The position numbers were made by a program, and so were the translations under genes. The notes beneath the pieces were generated by a model. The model saw only the letters and a list, made by a program, of their open reading frames with translations, had not been told where the DNA came from and did no database searches. This document shows positions 45,301 through 58,699 of a DNA stretch of 64,000 nucleotides, piece after piece (the first letter of the stretch is position 1; the number at the start of each line of letters is the position of its first letter). The stretch is from Lama guanicoe. Its lineage: Eukaryota. The stretch covers positions 2,134,485 through 2,198,484 of the forward strand of contig MU053431.1 of assembly GCA_013239625.1 (NCBI GenBank). The letters are read 5' to 3'.

Positions 45301-48300
45301 CAGCTCACCCGTTTAAAGTGTCCAAGTCAGTGGTTTTCCATACATTCACAGCATTGTGCTCCTATCTCCACAGTCCCCTTTGACTTCCGTCACCTTAAAC
45401 AGAAACCCTGCACCCTTAGTGGTCACCCTCGGTCCTCCCCCTCCCCCACAGCCCCTGTCAGCCCCCAGCTGCTTTCTGTCGCTGGAGATTTGCCACGTCT
45501 GGGCCTTCCGAGGAAATGGGATCATACAGTGTGTGGCCTTCAGTGTCTGGCTTCTCCCCGGCTGTCCAACCCCTAGAGGCCACAGCCCTCCTTCCCACCC
45601 TCAGGGCACGTGGCTTAACAGAAACCCACAAGGTGGCCTGTGTCCCCAGAGCTGGGAGCCGGAAGCTGGCCCGGTGCGAACCTGGGACAGGGACTTACAG
45701 CATCTGTGTGCACCCTGACCCCCACCCCCGGCTCTGCGTCTGCATCAAGACACACCTGGCCGGTGTTTCCTGAGCTCCTTTGTCCTGCTGGTTCATGGGT
45801 CTGCTTTCTGCCTCTCCCCCAGCGCCCCTGCCCCCACCCCGGGCACTGACCCTTGCTGCAGTGACGCCCAGAACCGTCCGCCTCGCCTGGCAGCCCTCGG
45901 CTGGGGCCGCCCAGTACCTAGTGCGCTGCTCGCCTGCCTCCCCCAAGGGTGAGGAGGAGGCAAGAGAGGTGCGAGGCAGAGGGGCTGGGGAGGCGGGAGA
46001 GCAGGGCTGGGCAGCCGGGTTGGGGGAGCACAGGGAGGGCCAGCATGAGTGCCCATCCCTGCAGGTGCGGGTGGGGCAGCCGGGGGTGCTTCTGGACGGC
46101 CTGGACCCGGGCAGGGACTATGACATCTGGGTGCAGAGCCTGCGAGGGGCAGAGACCAGTGAGGCCCAGGGCATCCGCGCCAGGACTCGTGAGTGCCCCG
46201 CCCTTGCAGGCTGAGGCCGCGTTCTGGTTCCCCACCCTTGAACCTGCTGCGGGGTGGGGTCCCCCAAGCCCTCTGGTAGCCCCAGCAGCCCTGGCCATCG
46301 CCCGCCCTTCCCCATATGCCTGGGGAGGTCCCTGAGGCCTCATGTGCTCTGCAGCCACCCTGGGCGCCCCAAGACACCTGGACTTCTCGGATGTGAGCCA
46401 CGACTCGGCCCGCGTGTCCTGGGAAGGCATCCAGAGACCTGTGCGCCTGTTCAGGGTCAGCTATGTCTCCAGCAAGGGTGGCCACTCAGGACAGGTGAGA
46501 GTGGGCCCTGCTGGGAGCCTGCTGTCCTGCAGTGCCGGGGGTGGGGGATGAAGTGGCCGTGGGGGCCCAGTGCCCCCAGCCTCCCGGCCCCCCTCCTTGC
46601 ATTCAGGGTCAGTGGGTGTGGCTGCACCTCCGCAGGCCCAGCCTCGGCCCGGGGCAGGGGGCATGGGGGTAGGGTGACACCACCCGGCCCTGGTGGGCCT
46701 CAGCCTTGGAGGGAGGGTGGGGACAGGCGTGAAGCAAGGAATCGTACAGATACTCGCAGGTGACAGCTGTGACAGGCGTGCGGGGGCGCATGGCGTCGTG
46801 AGAGCTGAAAATGCCAGCTTGTGGGGCTGAGAGTGGGCGGGCAGGTGGCCACGTGGCAGTCCAGGCCAGCAGGTCCCAGGCCTGGGTCTCCCTCTGGCAG
46901 GGGCTGCCCCGCCCCAGCTGCCCATGTCCCTAACCCCTTGTAGACGGAGGTCCCTGGGAACGCCACCTGGGCCACTCTGGGCCCGCTCTCCTCCTCTACC
47001 ACCTACACGGTCCGCGTCACCTGCCTCTACCCCAGGGGCAGCTCCTCCACACTGACCGGCCACCTGACCACACGTGAGTGGCAGAGGTGGGGATGGGGTC
47101 TCCAGGCCACCTCCCTCCACTCCCATGGACATTTCAAATCAGCACTTATGCTTGGTGTCTGCTCTGCGTAGGGCTGAGCCAGGTACCCCGACAGGTGCGA
47201 CGATTGGGTGCAGGGTCCCCAGGGCACCTCCGGGGAGCAGGGCCAGTGCCCACCCGGCAGCCTGTCCTGGGAAAGGAGGGACGTGGGCACGGCCTCATGG
47301 GGACAGGCGGTCTCCCTTGCCTCCTCCCTCTTCCAGGGAAAGTCCCCAGCCCAAGCCAGCTGTCGGTGACCGAGCTCCCTGGGGACAAAGTCCGGCTGGA
47401 GTGGGCGGCCGCAGCGGCATCTGGCGTGCTGGTCTACCAGATCAAGTGGACGCCCCTGGGAGATGGGAAGGCCCATGAGGTGTGGGGGGAAACCCTCCCC
47501 CACCAGCTCAGACCCCAGTGCTGCACCCATGGGACATCTGCCCACCCCTGGCCTGTGGGCCAGGCCCCAGTGTGAGGACCAGTCCCCAGGGTGGACCCCT
47601 GGTCTCTCCTCTCCACAGATCTCTGTCCCAGGGAACCTGGCCACAGCCGTCCTGCCTGGCCTGGGGAGGCACTCGGAGTATGAGATCACCCTCCTGGCCT
47701 ACTACAGGGACGGGGCCCGCAGCGACCCTGTGTCCCTCCGCTACAGCCCCCGTAAGTGACCCCTGCTCTGCTGAGATACCCTGCCCTGTGGGCCCAGGAC
47801 CGCCGACAGGCAGTTCCCCAGTCCCTGACCCTATGGCCTTACTGCTTGGGTCATGGGGCTTTCCTGAGCCCTCCAGACAGGCATCCCTGGAGTGGCCGAG
47901 GGTCCAAGTCACCAGAGGTGACACAGGGCCCAAGACGGTCCCAGAGCTGGCGTGGTGGCCCTGCCTGTGCCAAGGCCACGGGGCAGCATGGTGTGTCTGG
48001 CATGGCGTGGCTGGCATGGCAGGGGCTTTGGAGTGGGAGGATGGTGGGTGAGGTGCAGAGCAGTGGGGAGCATGTTGCCGTCTGAGGCCCCACCCTGTGC
48101 TCTCCCCTAGTCAGCCAGAGCCCGCCCTCTGACCTGGCCCTGGCCTCTGAGTCGCCCAACAGCCTGCGAGTCAGCTGGACGCCCCCGAGCAGCCACGTTC
48201 TCCACTACCGGCTCACCTACACACTAGCCTCAGGCTCAGGACCAGAGAAATCGGTGGGTCTGGGTAGAGCCCAGAAGCCAACGCCCCCACAGGCCCCCAG

Positions 48301-51300
48301 GGCCTGGGCCATGGGGGAGACACGTCCCACCCTCTCTGTTGAGGGGCCACCCTCCCATGGCAGGACACACGGACGGGGAGCCGAGATGCCCAAATGAGCA
48401 AAGTCGCTCGGGAGGAGCAGCTAGGGTGACCGTGACCCCCCCCCAGATCTCTGTTCCAGGACCCAGGAGCCAGGTGACGCTTCCCGACCTGCTGGCAGCC
48501 ACCAAGTACAGGGTCCTGGTCTCGGCCATCTATGGAGCCGGGGAGAGTGTGGCAGTGTCTGCCGTGGGCCGGACAGGTGGGTGGGCACCAAGACCCCAGG
48601 CCCCGGCAGACCCCAGCCAGGTCTGAGACCCTGGCAGGCCCCCAGGAGCCCGAACCCACAGGGCCACTCAGCAGGACACATGGGCCTATCTCTCCCCGCA
48701 CACAGGCCAGCGCTGCAGAGCTTAGGGGAGGAGAGTCAGGGTTTTCACGCAAGACCCTGCCCACAAGTAGAATGCCAATGCCAACCCCAGGGCTGAGGTC
48801 ACAGCGGGCCAACCGGGCGCCCCCAAGGGGCCTCAGCTGCAGCCTGGCCTACAGATGCCCGAAGCTGGGGACAGGCCGGAGTTCCCCTGGATCTGTGTCC
48901 AGAAAGAGTGGGGCAGACGCCCAGCCTCAGGAGCTGGGAGGCCGGGTGCAGATCACAGACTGGCCGCAGCGGAGCCCAGGGCCCTCGGTGTTAAAGGTCA
49001 TCCCTGGGGTCCTGCCACCCGCGTGCCAGGACCCAGCTTAGAGGGAACTTGGCTTTTGTTTTGTTGTTCATGCTGGTTTTCCTGGACAATCAGACCCTCA
49101 GAGCAGAGGATCCTCACAGGCCGGCTGATCAGCCTGACCGCCCCAGCTTCCCTCTGAGTCTCCTGCGTGCGGTCGCCTAGCTTTGGCTTGAATGCCTCTG
49201 GGGATGGGGGCCTCACTACCCAGAGGACAGCTGTCAAGGCTCAGCACCCTTCTTGTCCAAGGGCAGAGCTGCTTCCCGCTCCGAGGGCCCCGGTCCCTGC
49301 CCTCACTTGCCCACGAACCTTCCGAGCGCCCACCTGCTGCCTGCCAGTGGAGCAAGCCAGCTAGCCACGCCAGCCCCAGGGCAGCGGTGCACAGTCGGCA
49401 CGTCCCCACACCCCGGCATCTCTCTGGCCCTGCCGCATGGGGCGCATCAGGGTGGCTGGTACTCTCCCGGGGTTCAGTGCCCTGTGGGACTGCCCCAGCC
49501 AGGTGCTGTCTCCCGGGAGTAGAACCTGAGACAGCAGGACCCATCTCTGTCCCTTCCCGGTCCCTGAGCTGTGGAACAACAGGCCTGCAAGTGGGTGCCG
49601 ACAGGGAACATCTCCAACCCACCTGCAGCCAGAGGCAGGGCGCCCAGCCACAAGGGGCCCCTCCCCAGGTGGAGGCCGAGGCCCGGTCCACTGACCCTGA
49701 CTACCGCCCCTCTCAGCAGCCTGCCCGGCCCTCCACCCTGACGGCTCCCTCCCAGGTAGGTCCTGCCCTTTACGATGGCTGCTCTCCAGCCCCGACCCGT
49801 TCTTCCTCCCCCGGGTCCTTGTTGGGGAGGATGGCCTGGGAGAGGGGCTGGGGGATCATGAGAGGGCGGCAGGCAGGCGGGGCTGACACTTTTCCAGGAA
49901 GGCCCCTTGAGGTTGGCTGGTGCCTTTATTCCTGCTTCACAGTGGAGGTGACTGGGGCCTGTCCAGGGTCACTTGTCCAAGGTCACAGCCTGGATGTGGA
50001 GGGCAGAGGCCGCGCTCGGGGCTCCAGGTCCAGGGTGGCCTCCGTGAGCGTCTGAGGACCAGGGGCTTGGCGGGGCGAGGGGCGAAGCCTGGGGTCACAG
50101 AGCGTCTTTAGTGCCTGCGGGCCAGAGGCCCTCCCCAGAGAGAAGGCTGACGTGTGCGCCCCTGCGCTGTCAGGGAGATTGGCTGGGGGCAAGGGTGGGC
50201 TGCAGGGAGGGCGGCCCAGCTCGAGGGCTGCATCTCCCGCGGGACCTCCAGCGAGTGATAGGGCTGCAGCTGCTCAGACCAGGCCGCAGGGCAGGGCCTG
50301 CTCGAGGCTGGGCAGCAGGGTAGGTGAGGTCGTCCACGCCTGCCTGCTCAGGGCCTTGGCCACTGAGCCAGTAACAGGAGATTCCATGTCGCCAAAGTCA
50401 TGGCCACTTTGGCCCGCTAAGTCGCAGTGGGTGCTGGACTTAGCTCTGCTGTGGCTGTGACTCTGCCGGGTCGGGGGGGTCTGGACACTGAGGGTTGTGG
50501 GGAGGCCGAGGCCGGGGCAACCTAAGGGGCAGGACGGTGCTGCCTGTGTGTCCTTCCCCAGGTCAGGGTGGAGAGGGTGGGAGACCAGGCCCCTGAGGTC
50601 CCTACTGCCCCCCGCCCCGCACCGGAGGGCCCCTCTGCTCCCTCGCATCTTCCTCTTGCTGCTGCTCCCGCTGTCTCCTCTCACCCACACCTGGGCTCTT
50701 GCCTCCGGCCCCCCAACTCCCTGTCTCTGACTGTCCCTCGGGAACACCGGCTCCCCCAGGCTTTGACCTGATGGCGGCCTTCGGCCTAGTGGAGAAGGAA
50801 TACGCCTCCATCCGCGGTCTGGCCATGGAGCCCTCGGCGTTTGGCTCGACCAGGACCTTCACGCTCTTCAAGGACGCTCAGCTGACTCGCCGGGCCAGGT
50901 GGGGTGGCGGGGGTGGGGNNNNNNNNNNNNNNNNNNNNNNNNNNNNNNNNNNNNNNNNNNNNNNNNNNNNNNNNNNNNNNNNNNNNNNNNNNNNNNNNNN
51001 NNNNNNNNNNNNNNNNNNNNNNNNNNNNNNNNNNNNNNNNNNNNNNNNNNNNNNNNNNNNTGGGGTGGCGGGGGTGGGGGTGGGGGGCTGTGACTGGAGC
51101 AGCTGGGGAGGGCACCCTCCTGGGGGTTTGTGGGAGAGGGAGCCCCAGGCCCAGCAGCTCCGCCCCCAGAGCCAGCCAGGCAGACTCTCCTGGCACAGGG
51201 GAACCTGAGTCCCACAAATGAATCAATCTCACGTGGGCAGAATGAGGCCACAGGGGTCCTTTTCCCCATGTGGCCCGGGGATTGATCAGACCTGCAGACT

Positions 51301-54300
51301 TCTGGGCGGGGGCCACCAGCTCTGTCTCTTGTGAGACCTCCTACCTCCTGTGTGCTTTAGTTTGATTCCACAAACCTGCAAATAGCCTGAGTCACTGTGC
51401 TCAGTGACGAACCACCAGAAAGGCTTGTTTGACGACCCCGCATCTAAGAGCCACCCCACTCTGTGTACAGAGAGGCGTCTTTAATCACAGATTGGAACTT
51501 CCACATGCACAGCATAATTTTTCCCTAAGTTAAGATGTTTGAAGTTGCAAAGGTAAATCACATGCTTTAAAATAGAAATTTGAAAAGTGAGAAACATGTA
51601 AGTCTACAGAGCCCACCCCACACGACTAAGACTCAGGGCGGTTCATGCAGCCGGCTGCCTCCCCACGGACGCGGCGTGACACAGTGTGGCAGGTGTGGCC
51701 CAGGCTGGCGTCCTGTTCCTTTGCCCGAGCTTTGCTGCGAGTGTTCCCCACAATCTGCTCCCGTTCTGATTTCCTTTTAGGCTGGTTTGCAAGGTTTACT
51801 TTTTGTGCAGGGGCCTGAGGCCTGCCTCTTCCTCGGTGGCCCCTCCTCCCTCCCAAGCCTCGGTCTGGGGTCTTTGCCCGGGTGGGTCGCTCTGATTGCC
51901 AGGAACCCTGAGGTTTTGCTTCCGCGGCCTCTGCCCCTGGCCTGGCTCCACCCTCGCAGCAGACCCTGCGCGCTCGTTAAACGCTGCAGAGACTCTCCGC
52001 GATCGTCCCTCTCCTGTGAGTGGGGGTCTCCCAGGGCCTCACAGTGCTCATGGGTGCTTCCTGTTTGTCTTTGCGGAGTTCACAGCTCCAGAGGTGGGCA
52101 CTGACAGTCCTGCAGGTGTGTCACCCCGCACAGGAGTACCCCCATCACGATACCTGCCGCGAATGCAACCTGGGGCTGCTAAGAGTAGGAGGGTCCCTCC
52201 CTGGGTCAGGAAGGCTCCCCAGGAGGTGGCAGAGGGTAGGAGCCACTAGAGAGAGAATGGGGGAGGGGAGGGCACTCGGGTAAAGCAGCAACATGTGCCA
52301 AGGCCCTGGGGTCTGTTTGCTTAAAAAATTTCAAGATCGCTTCTGTGCTGGGTTTTGCAGGCTCTTAATTATCCCAGGAGCAAAGCAGGGAGGCTGTAGG
52401 CCTTTAGGAACAATTTTTTGGGGTGACTCCAATGACCCGGGGGGCGCATGGCACCAGCACAGACCCCCACCACTCACCCAGTGAGCTGCTCTCAAGGGCT
52501 TGTGCACTCCTGACCCCCGGGAGACAGGCTCAGAGACCTCCGGCTCCAGACCCCTTGACCTGCACCTGCCCCACCCACTGAAGGATAGATTGTCGTGGAT
52601 GCTGGCTGTGGTGGGACGGCCTCCCATCCCTCCTGGGGCTCGGGGCTTAGGGCTGCGTGCCACCCCAGGGTTCCCGACAGCCCCGGGAGGGGAGCTCTGA
52701 CCCTTGCGCTCCCCGCGTTGCTCCCGGGGAAGCGGAGGCAGGAGAGGCCCAGCCTGGCCCTGAGGACCCGCTCGGCAGCCCCGAGGGTCCGGCCTCCTCT
52801 TGGGCCTGCAGCTGCCCCTCCCTGTGCCCCGACAGTGACATCCACCCGGCCGCCCTCCCCCCGGAGCACACGGTGGTCTTCCTTCTGCGCCTGCTCCCCG
52901 AGACGCCCCGAGAGGCCTTCGCGTTGTGGCAGGTGGCGGCCGAGGACTTCCAGCCCGTCCTGGGGGTCCTGCTGGATGGTCAGTTGGGAGGGGGAGCAGT
53001 GGACCCAGGTCGCCCCAGAAAGCAGGGGCTGCTTCCTCAGCGTGGCCTCTGAGGTTTGGGGCATGCGAGGCTTTGCACGCCCTTCGTGGGGCCGTAACCC
53101 CCTCACCCTGTTCCACTCTGGGCAGGCCTGGAAGGGTCCCCCCCACCTTCTACCCAGGGGTCTCACGTGTTCTTTGCCCCTCCTCAGCCGGCAGAAAGTC
53201 GCTGACCTACTTCAACCGTGACCCCAGGGCCACCTTGCAGGAGGTCACCTTCGACCTGCCCGAAGTGAGAAGAATATTCTTTGGGAGCTTCCACAAGGTC
53301 CTGGAAGTTCCCAGAAGAACCACAGCACGTCCCTCCCCGGCCTAAGACCCTCTCGGCTCCCACATTCTGGGACAGACCCCCACCCCATGGCTCTGCAGGA
53401 CACAGGCTGCCCCTGTCACCATGGCTCACCCAGAATGATAGAACTCTCCTTGAGAGCCTCTGCCCCTGCAGTCCACTCTGCCCTGGACATCCTCACCTTA
53501 ATCAGGGTCAAAGAGCATCCACTCCTCTTCCTGGGTCCCTTGAGTCCCTGGGAGGGGTCTGTGGTGGGTGTCATTTGGTCCATTTTACAGAGGGGAAACC
53601 GAAGCCCAGCAAGGGGGTCCCACAAGACGGGGTGCAGTCAGGATCCTGACCCTAGGCCCCAGGATGGTCATGTCCCTCCTCCCAGCCACGGCGCTGGCCT
53701 TGTGGGCACGGAGGGGAGCCTGTCCTGCCGGGGCAGCGGGGGACCTACCGTGGTATCTCCCAGGTGCACGTGGCCGTGGGCCACTCGAAGGTCAGGCTCT
53801 ACGTGGACTGCCAGAAGGTGGCTGAGAGGCCCATCGGGGAGGCCGGCAGCCTGCCCGCTGCCGGCTTCGTCACACTGGGGAGGCTGGCCAAGGCCCGGGG
53901 ACCCCGGAGCAGCTCAGCCTCGGTGAGCCTGGGCCCCGTCCCGCCGAGCCGAGTCAGTCGGGGGCCGGGGAGCCCCCTCCACTCACTGCCCGGCTGACCC
54001 TGCCCTTTCTCTCTCCGTAGTTCCAGCTCCAGTTGCTGCAGATTGTGTGCAGCGACTCCTGGGCGGAGGAGGACAGGTGCTGCGAGCTCCCAGCTTCGGT
54101 AGGCGAGGAAGTGGCCACTGAGGACAAAAAAGTCTGGGGGTAGAAGGACCATCCAGGTCATTGCAGCTCTGGGAGAAATCAGGGCAGGCTTCCTGGAGGA
54201 GATGGCCCCTGGCCTGGTGCCTAAGCTAGCGTGGCTGGATGGGTATCCTGGGGCCAGGAAGCCCCCAGCTGCGGGAGCGGCCACTGCCATGTACTCAGGC

Positions 54301-57300
54301 CCACTGACCGTTTCTGTGGGCACAGGTGTGGGCACGAGTCCTCACTGACTCCCCCATGTGCTCACACTGGGCTTGGCCACGCTAGGGGCCTACGAGGGAG
54401 TGAGAGAGGGAGTCCTGTCCAGGGCCTGTGCCAGGCAGCCTGGGGGCGGGCACCCAGGGCCTTGTTCCCACCCCTCACCCCAGCCTCCCAGGGGTGGGTT
54501 TGGAGATCCCTTGGTCCCCGGTGTCTGTGGATACCCTAGAGCTCAGGGTTGTACAAAAGCCCAGGGGAGGGGTCTGTTTGATGGCAGGGGTCTCTTTCTT
54601 CCAGAAGGATGGAGAGTCCTGCCCCGCCTTTCCTTCTGCTTGCACCTGTTCCTTGCAGACCCCTGGGCCCCCGGGCCCCCAGGGACCTCCGGTGAGTTCA
54701 CAGCTCCTGTCCCGGGGTGACCAGGGTCTCCTGGCAACATCGGGCAGCTGATAGTGATGAGGGTGGCCCCCTCCCACGTCTCCTGGCCATCTTGTCCACC
54801 CCGGCCCACAGCTCCCCTCCTGGCTAACCCCCTCCTTCCCACTGGCCTCCCTCTCCCCAGCCGGGCCCTCTCTGCTGTTTGAGCCCACGTCTCCCCACTG
54901 GGAAGGCCCAGCGGTCTGTAGCACCGCACTGGTCCTGGGCTGGCCAGGAGTCACAGCCACTCAGGCAGCCTCTGTTCTGGCGCTCTGGGCTGTGGGGCAG
55001 GTCCAGACCCTCTGACAACCCTGAGGCTTCCACTCGTGATTGACAGACCTCACCAGAGAGGGGCCAGGGCAGGAACCCAGACCTGCCCAGGCCGGAGCAT
55101 GTGCCGTGACCAGCCACTGTGGGTAGTGGGGGGACCAGGAAACCCTCACCCCGAACCCCCTGCCTCTTCTCCACCTAAAGGTGGGGGCTGGAGTCCAGGG
55201 CATTGCTGGGGGGGCTGATGTGCACCCTGGTCTTGGGCGGGGGGTGCTGGGCTCAGCCCTGCTTGTACACCTGCAGGGCCTCCCCGGGAGGAATGGAGCC
55301 CCAGGAGAGCAGGGCTTCCCAGGGCCCAGGGTAAGTCATGGGGGTCCTGGGGGCCTGGATGCAGGAGTGGGGCCCCACGCAGCCCAACCCCAGGCGGGAT
55401 GCGGTGCCCCCTGCACGGCCCCACCCTGCGAATCGTGTGTGGGCGGGCTGGCCGTGATGGGCATCCTCTGCCTTCGCCCGTTTCTCCGTCCAGCAGCTCC
55501 AGCCTCTTTGATGGCTGCTGCCACTCTCTTGCTGGACATGCGTCCTCCACCCCCTGCTCGCTGGGTTGCTTTCCTATTCATTTGTGGGGAGCTGTACGTT
55601 TCGTGGAAATATCTGTGCCCTGAGTCGTGGCTGCATTTACCCTGTTGCCCTCTGACCTGGTTTACCACGTGTGTCTCCGTGCGGACTTTAAAACCGCCTT
55701 CTTTGCTCAGTGCGTGGTCTATTCCTAAGGCTTTTGGCTTTTGCACCATTATAAAAGGTCTCTCTTAGTCTGAGGGTGTGCACCTCCTTGTGGTTTCTCC
55801 TCTTGTTTCTAGAACCTTCAAACACAGCAATGTGGGTTCAGCTAAATTTATTGTGTTTAAGGTGCCGAGGACAACCCCACCCTCCAGCCTCCCCAGACCA
55901 CTGCCCCGCCATCCGTCCCACTTACTCACAGCGCCCCCGCCCCCCCATTTCCAACGCAGTCTTCCACGCGGCGCGCTTTCCGCAGACCGCCGCGTCCGCA
56001 CAGACGGGCCAGGTTCTGCCCGCCGGCTGTTGTCAGCGTGGGAGGCGGTTCCTGGCGTCCGGCTCCGCCATCTTCTGCCCTAAAGCCTCGTTCTCTCTGT
56101 GTATTGTTTCTGTGCCCCAGCTTCTTGTTCAATTATCTTACTTGCAATAGTTTTTTATTTTCAGGTGGTTTTCTGGGAATTTCCTGGTTCAAATTTACAT
56201 CACCTGCAAAACATCACTTCACTGTCTCCTTTCCAATTTTTACTACTCCCGTTCATTTTTCTGGTGTTGCTGACACTCCAGAGTCTTGTCAAAGAACCGC
56301 GGTCACAGTGGATGTGCTCACCTTGACTTCATGGAAATGCTCTAGGGCTTGCCGGTGGAGCGTGGTACCGGGAGGCAGACACATTATCCATGGTCAAGTC
56401 CCGGTCTTACCTGATTAGGAGATTCACAAATGCAAGAACGGATATTAGATCAGACTTCTTGCCTCCTCAACTGCTGGGACGTGACCAAATCACTTCTCTC
56501 CTGGAGCTGTTAGTCTGGTGACTGAGCTCAGGGCCTCCCGGGTGCTGAGCCACTCATGCTCCAGCAGAAGCCAGCGCGGCCCTCGAGCGCCTCCCGCCGC
56601 CGAGCGGGCTGCAGGCTTCCCGCGCTCACGCCTTGCGTAGGGCTTCCGCACGGACAGTCACCGCCGGGAAAGCCTGTGGTTGTCCTCGTAGGATCAGGTT
56701 CACCTATACGCTTAATTCACAGCAATTATTTGAAAGCACTTTTTTTCTAACCCGCAAATCAAGCAGTGTGTTTTTTGGGCGGTGGTTATTAGGTTTATTT
56801 ATTTATTTTTAATTTATTTTTTAATGGAGGCACTGGGATCGAACCCAGGACCTCGTGTATGTTAAGCACACGCTCCACCACTGGGCTATACCCTCCCCCT
56901 CGAGCAGTTTAAATGGCATTCGTGTTATCTGTCCCTTAGAAGTTTGGCAGAATGTTCTGGTGTCTATAAATACAGAGCGGGGTCGTAGCAGGACCTCTCC
57001 TGGGGTGGCCAGCGAGGGTGAAGGCCCCTGGGTGGCCTCGGGCCTCAGGCTGGTAGGGCTTCGACTGGCAGGATCAAAAGAGGGGCTGCAGGAGGGGCCA
57101 CGTGCCTTCTCAGCCCCAGCCCCACCCCCACCCCACCTCCAGGGAGATCCCGGGCCACCTGGACAGATGGGACCTGAGGGTCCTGGAGGTCAGCAGGGGT
57201 CACCAGGCACCCAGGGCCGAACCATCCAGGGACCCATGGTAGGTGTGGCCTACCCCCAGCCCCCTCCCCACTCTTCTCCCGTCCTCTTGCTGCCCAGTCC

Positions 57301-58666
57301 ATCTTCCCCTCCAGGGTCCACCAGGGGTCAAAGGAGAAAAGGGGGACCATGGACTCCCCGGCTTGCAGGTAGTGGGTCAGACCAGGCTCGGGGCATGTGG
57401 GCCGTGTGCTCGGGACCCAGGTCTGGGGACAGGGCCTCCTCCTCTGCTGACCTTGGCCCCAGCCTGGCTGGCCACCTCTGTTCTATTCCAGGGCCACCCC
57501 GGCCTCCAGGGCACCCCCGGGAAGGTTGGCATCCAGGGACCAAAGGTGGGAGATGGTCTCGGGACAGAGGCTGTGGGGATCTTCCTCCTCTGCCCCTCAC
57601 CCGACTCACTCCCCGTCCTGCCCCCGCAGTGGCCTGGCCAGGGGAAGGGAGCGCCGCCCAGGTGGACTGGGGCCAGGGGTGGCCCCGCCCGAGGGAGGGG
57701 CTGGCCCTGAGATGGGCCGGCCTCTTCTGTTCTCAGATCTAGGCACAAGTGTGTACCCCTCCCAGGTGTGGGTCGGGGGGGTCACCGTGGGAGGGGTGCG
57801 CAGGCTACATGCCCCCACCCAGCCTGTCCCTTCCTTTGCCCTCAGGGAATGAGAGGCCTGGAGGGGACATCTGGCCTGCCTGGACCCCCTGGCCCTAGGG
57901 TAGGCTCTGCCTCCTCTGTGAACCCGCCCACCCCACCCACATCCCCCAGGGTTCTTTGGGGCTGAACGGAGAGCAGCGACCCAGGGCGGCCTCTCTATCT
58001 CGCGGGCTGGGGTCTTCTTGGGCTCTGCTGGGCATGGGAGTGTCCTGTGCCCGGCAGCACAGCAGCCGCTGCCCCGCGCTGGGGCGGGCTGGTGCAGCCC
58101 CTGGTCATGCCTGCACCCCACTTCCCCGCGGCAGGAAGGTGCCTGGGCTCCCAGTTGGGCCTGGGCAGGGTGGGCAGGGCAGACAAGTGAGTCTGGCTGC
58201 CGGACGTGGCCTGGGCCCCCTTCTCCCTCCAGACACCCACCGGCAGCCTAGGGCCCCCCTGCTGGAGGGCTGTGGGCACTGCCCCCGTTCAGAAGCACCT
58301 TGCCTCCAAGGCCTGCGTCCCTGATATGCTGAGCTCAGTCCCCGGGAGCTGCTCTGAGCGGGGGCCCAGGACCAGCAGCCCAGACCCAGAAGAGACCTCT
58401 GGGCATTGGCCTCTGGGTACTGGGGGGCTGGGCTGCCCCTCCTGCCAGAGGCCACCTGGGGCCTGAGCTTCAGTCACACCTGGACAGCTGGGGTAGAGCC
58501 GGCAGTCAGGACATTTCAGTGGAGAATCAGCGCCAGTGGGTGGGCGGGCGGGGGGAGCCCTGGGCACAGNNNNNNNNNNNNNNNNNNNNNNNNNNNNNNN
58601 NNNNNNNNNNNNNNNNNNNNNNNNNNNNNNNNNNNNNNNNNNNNNNNNNNNNNNNNNNNNGGGGAA

Positions 58667-58699
<33 letters not shown>

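Noticed and set aside
56826-56898. tRNA gene-like sequence
   Set aside because: Has a simple-repeat tail and a target-site duplication; it is a SINE head, not a tRNA gene
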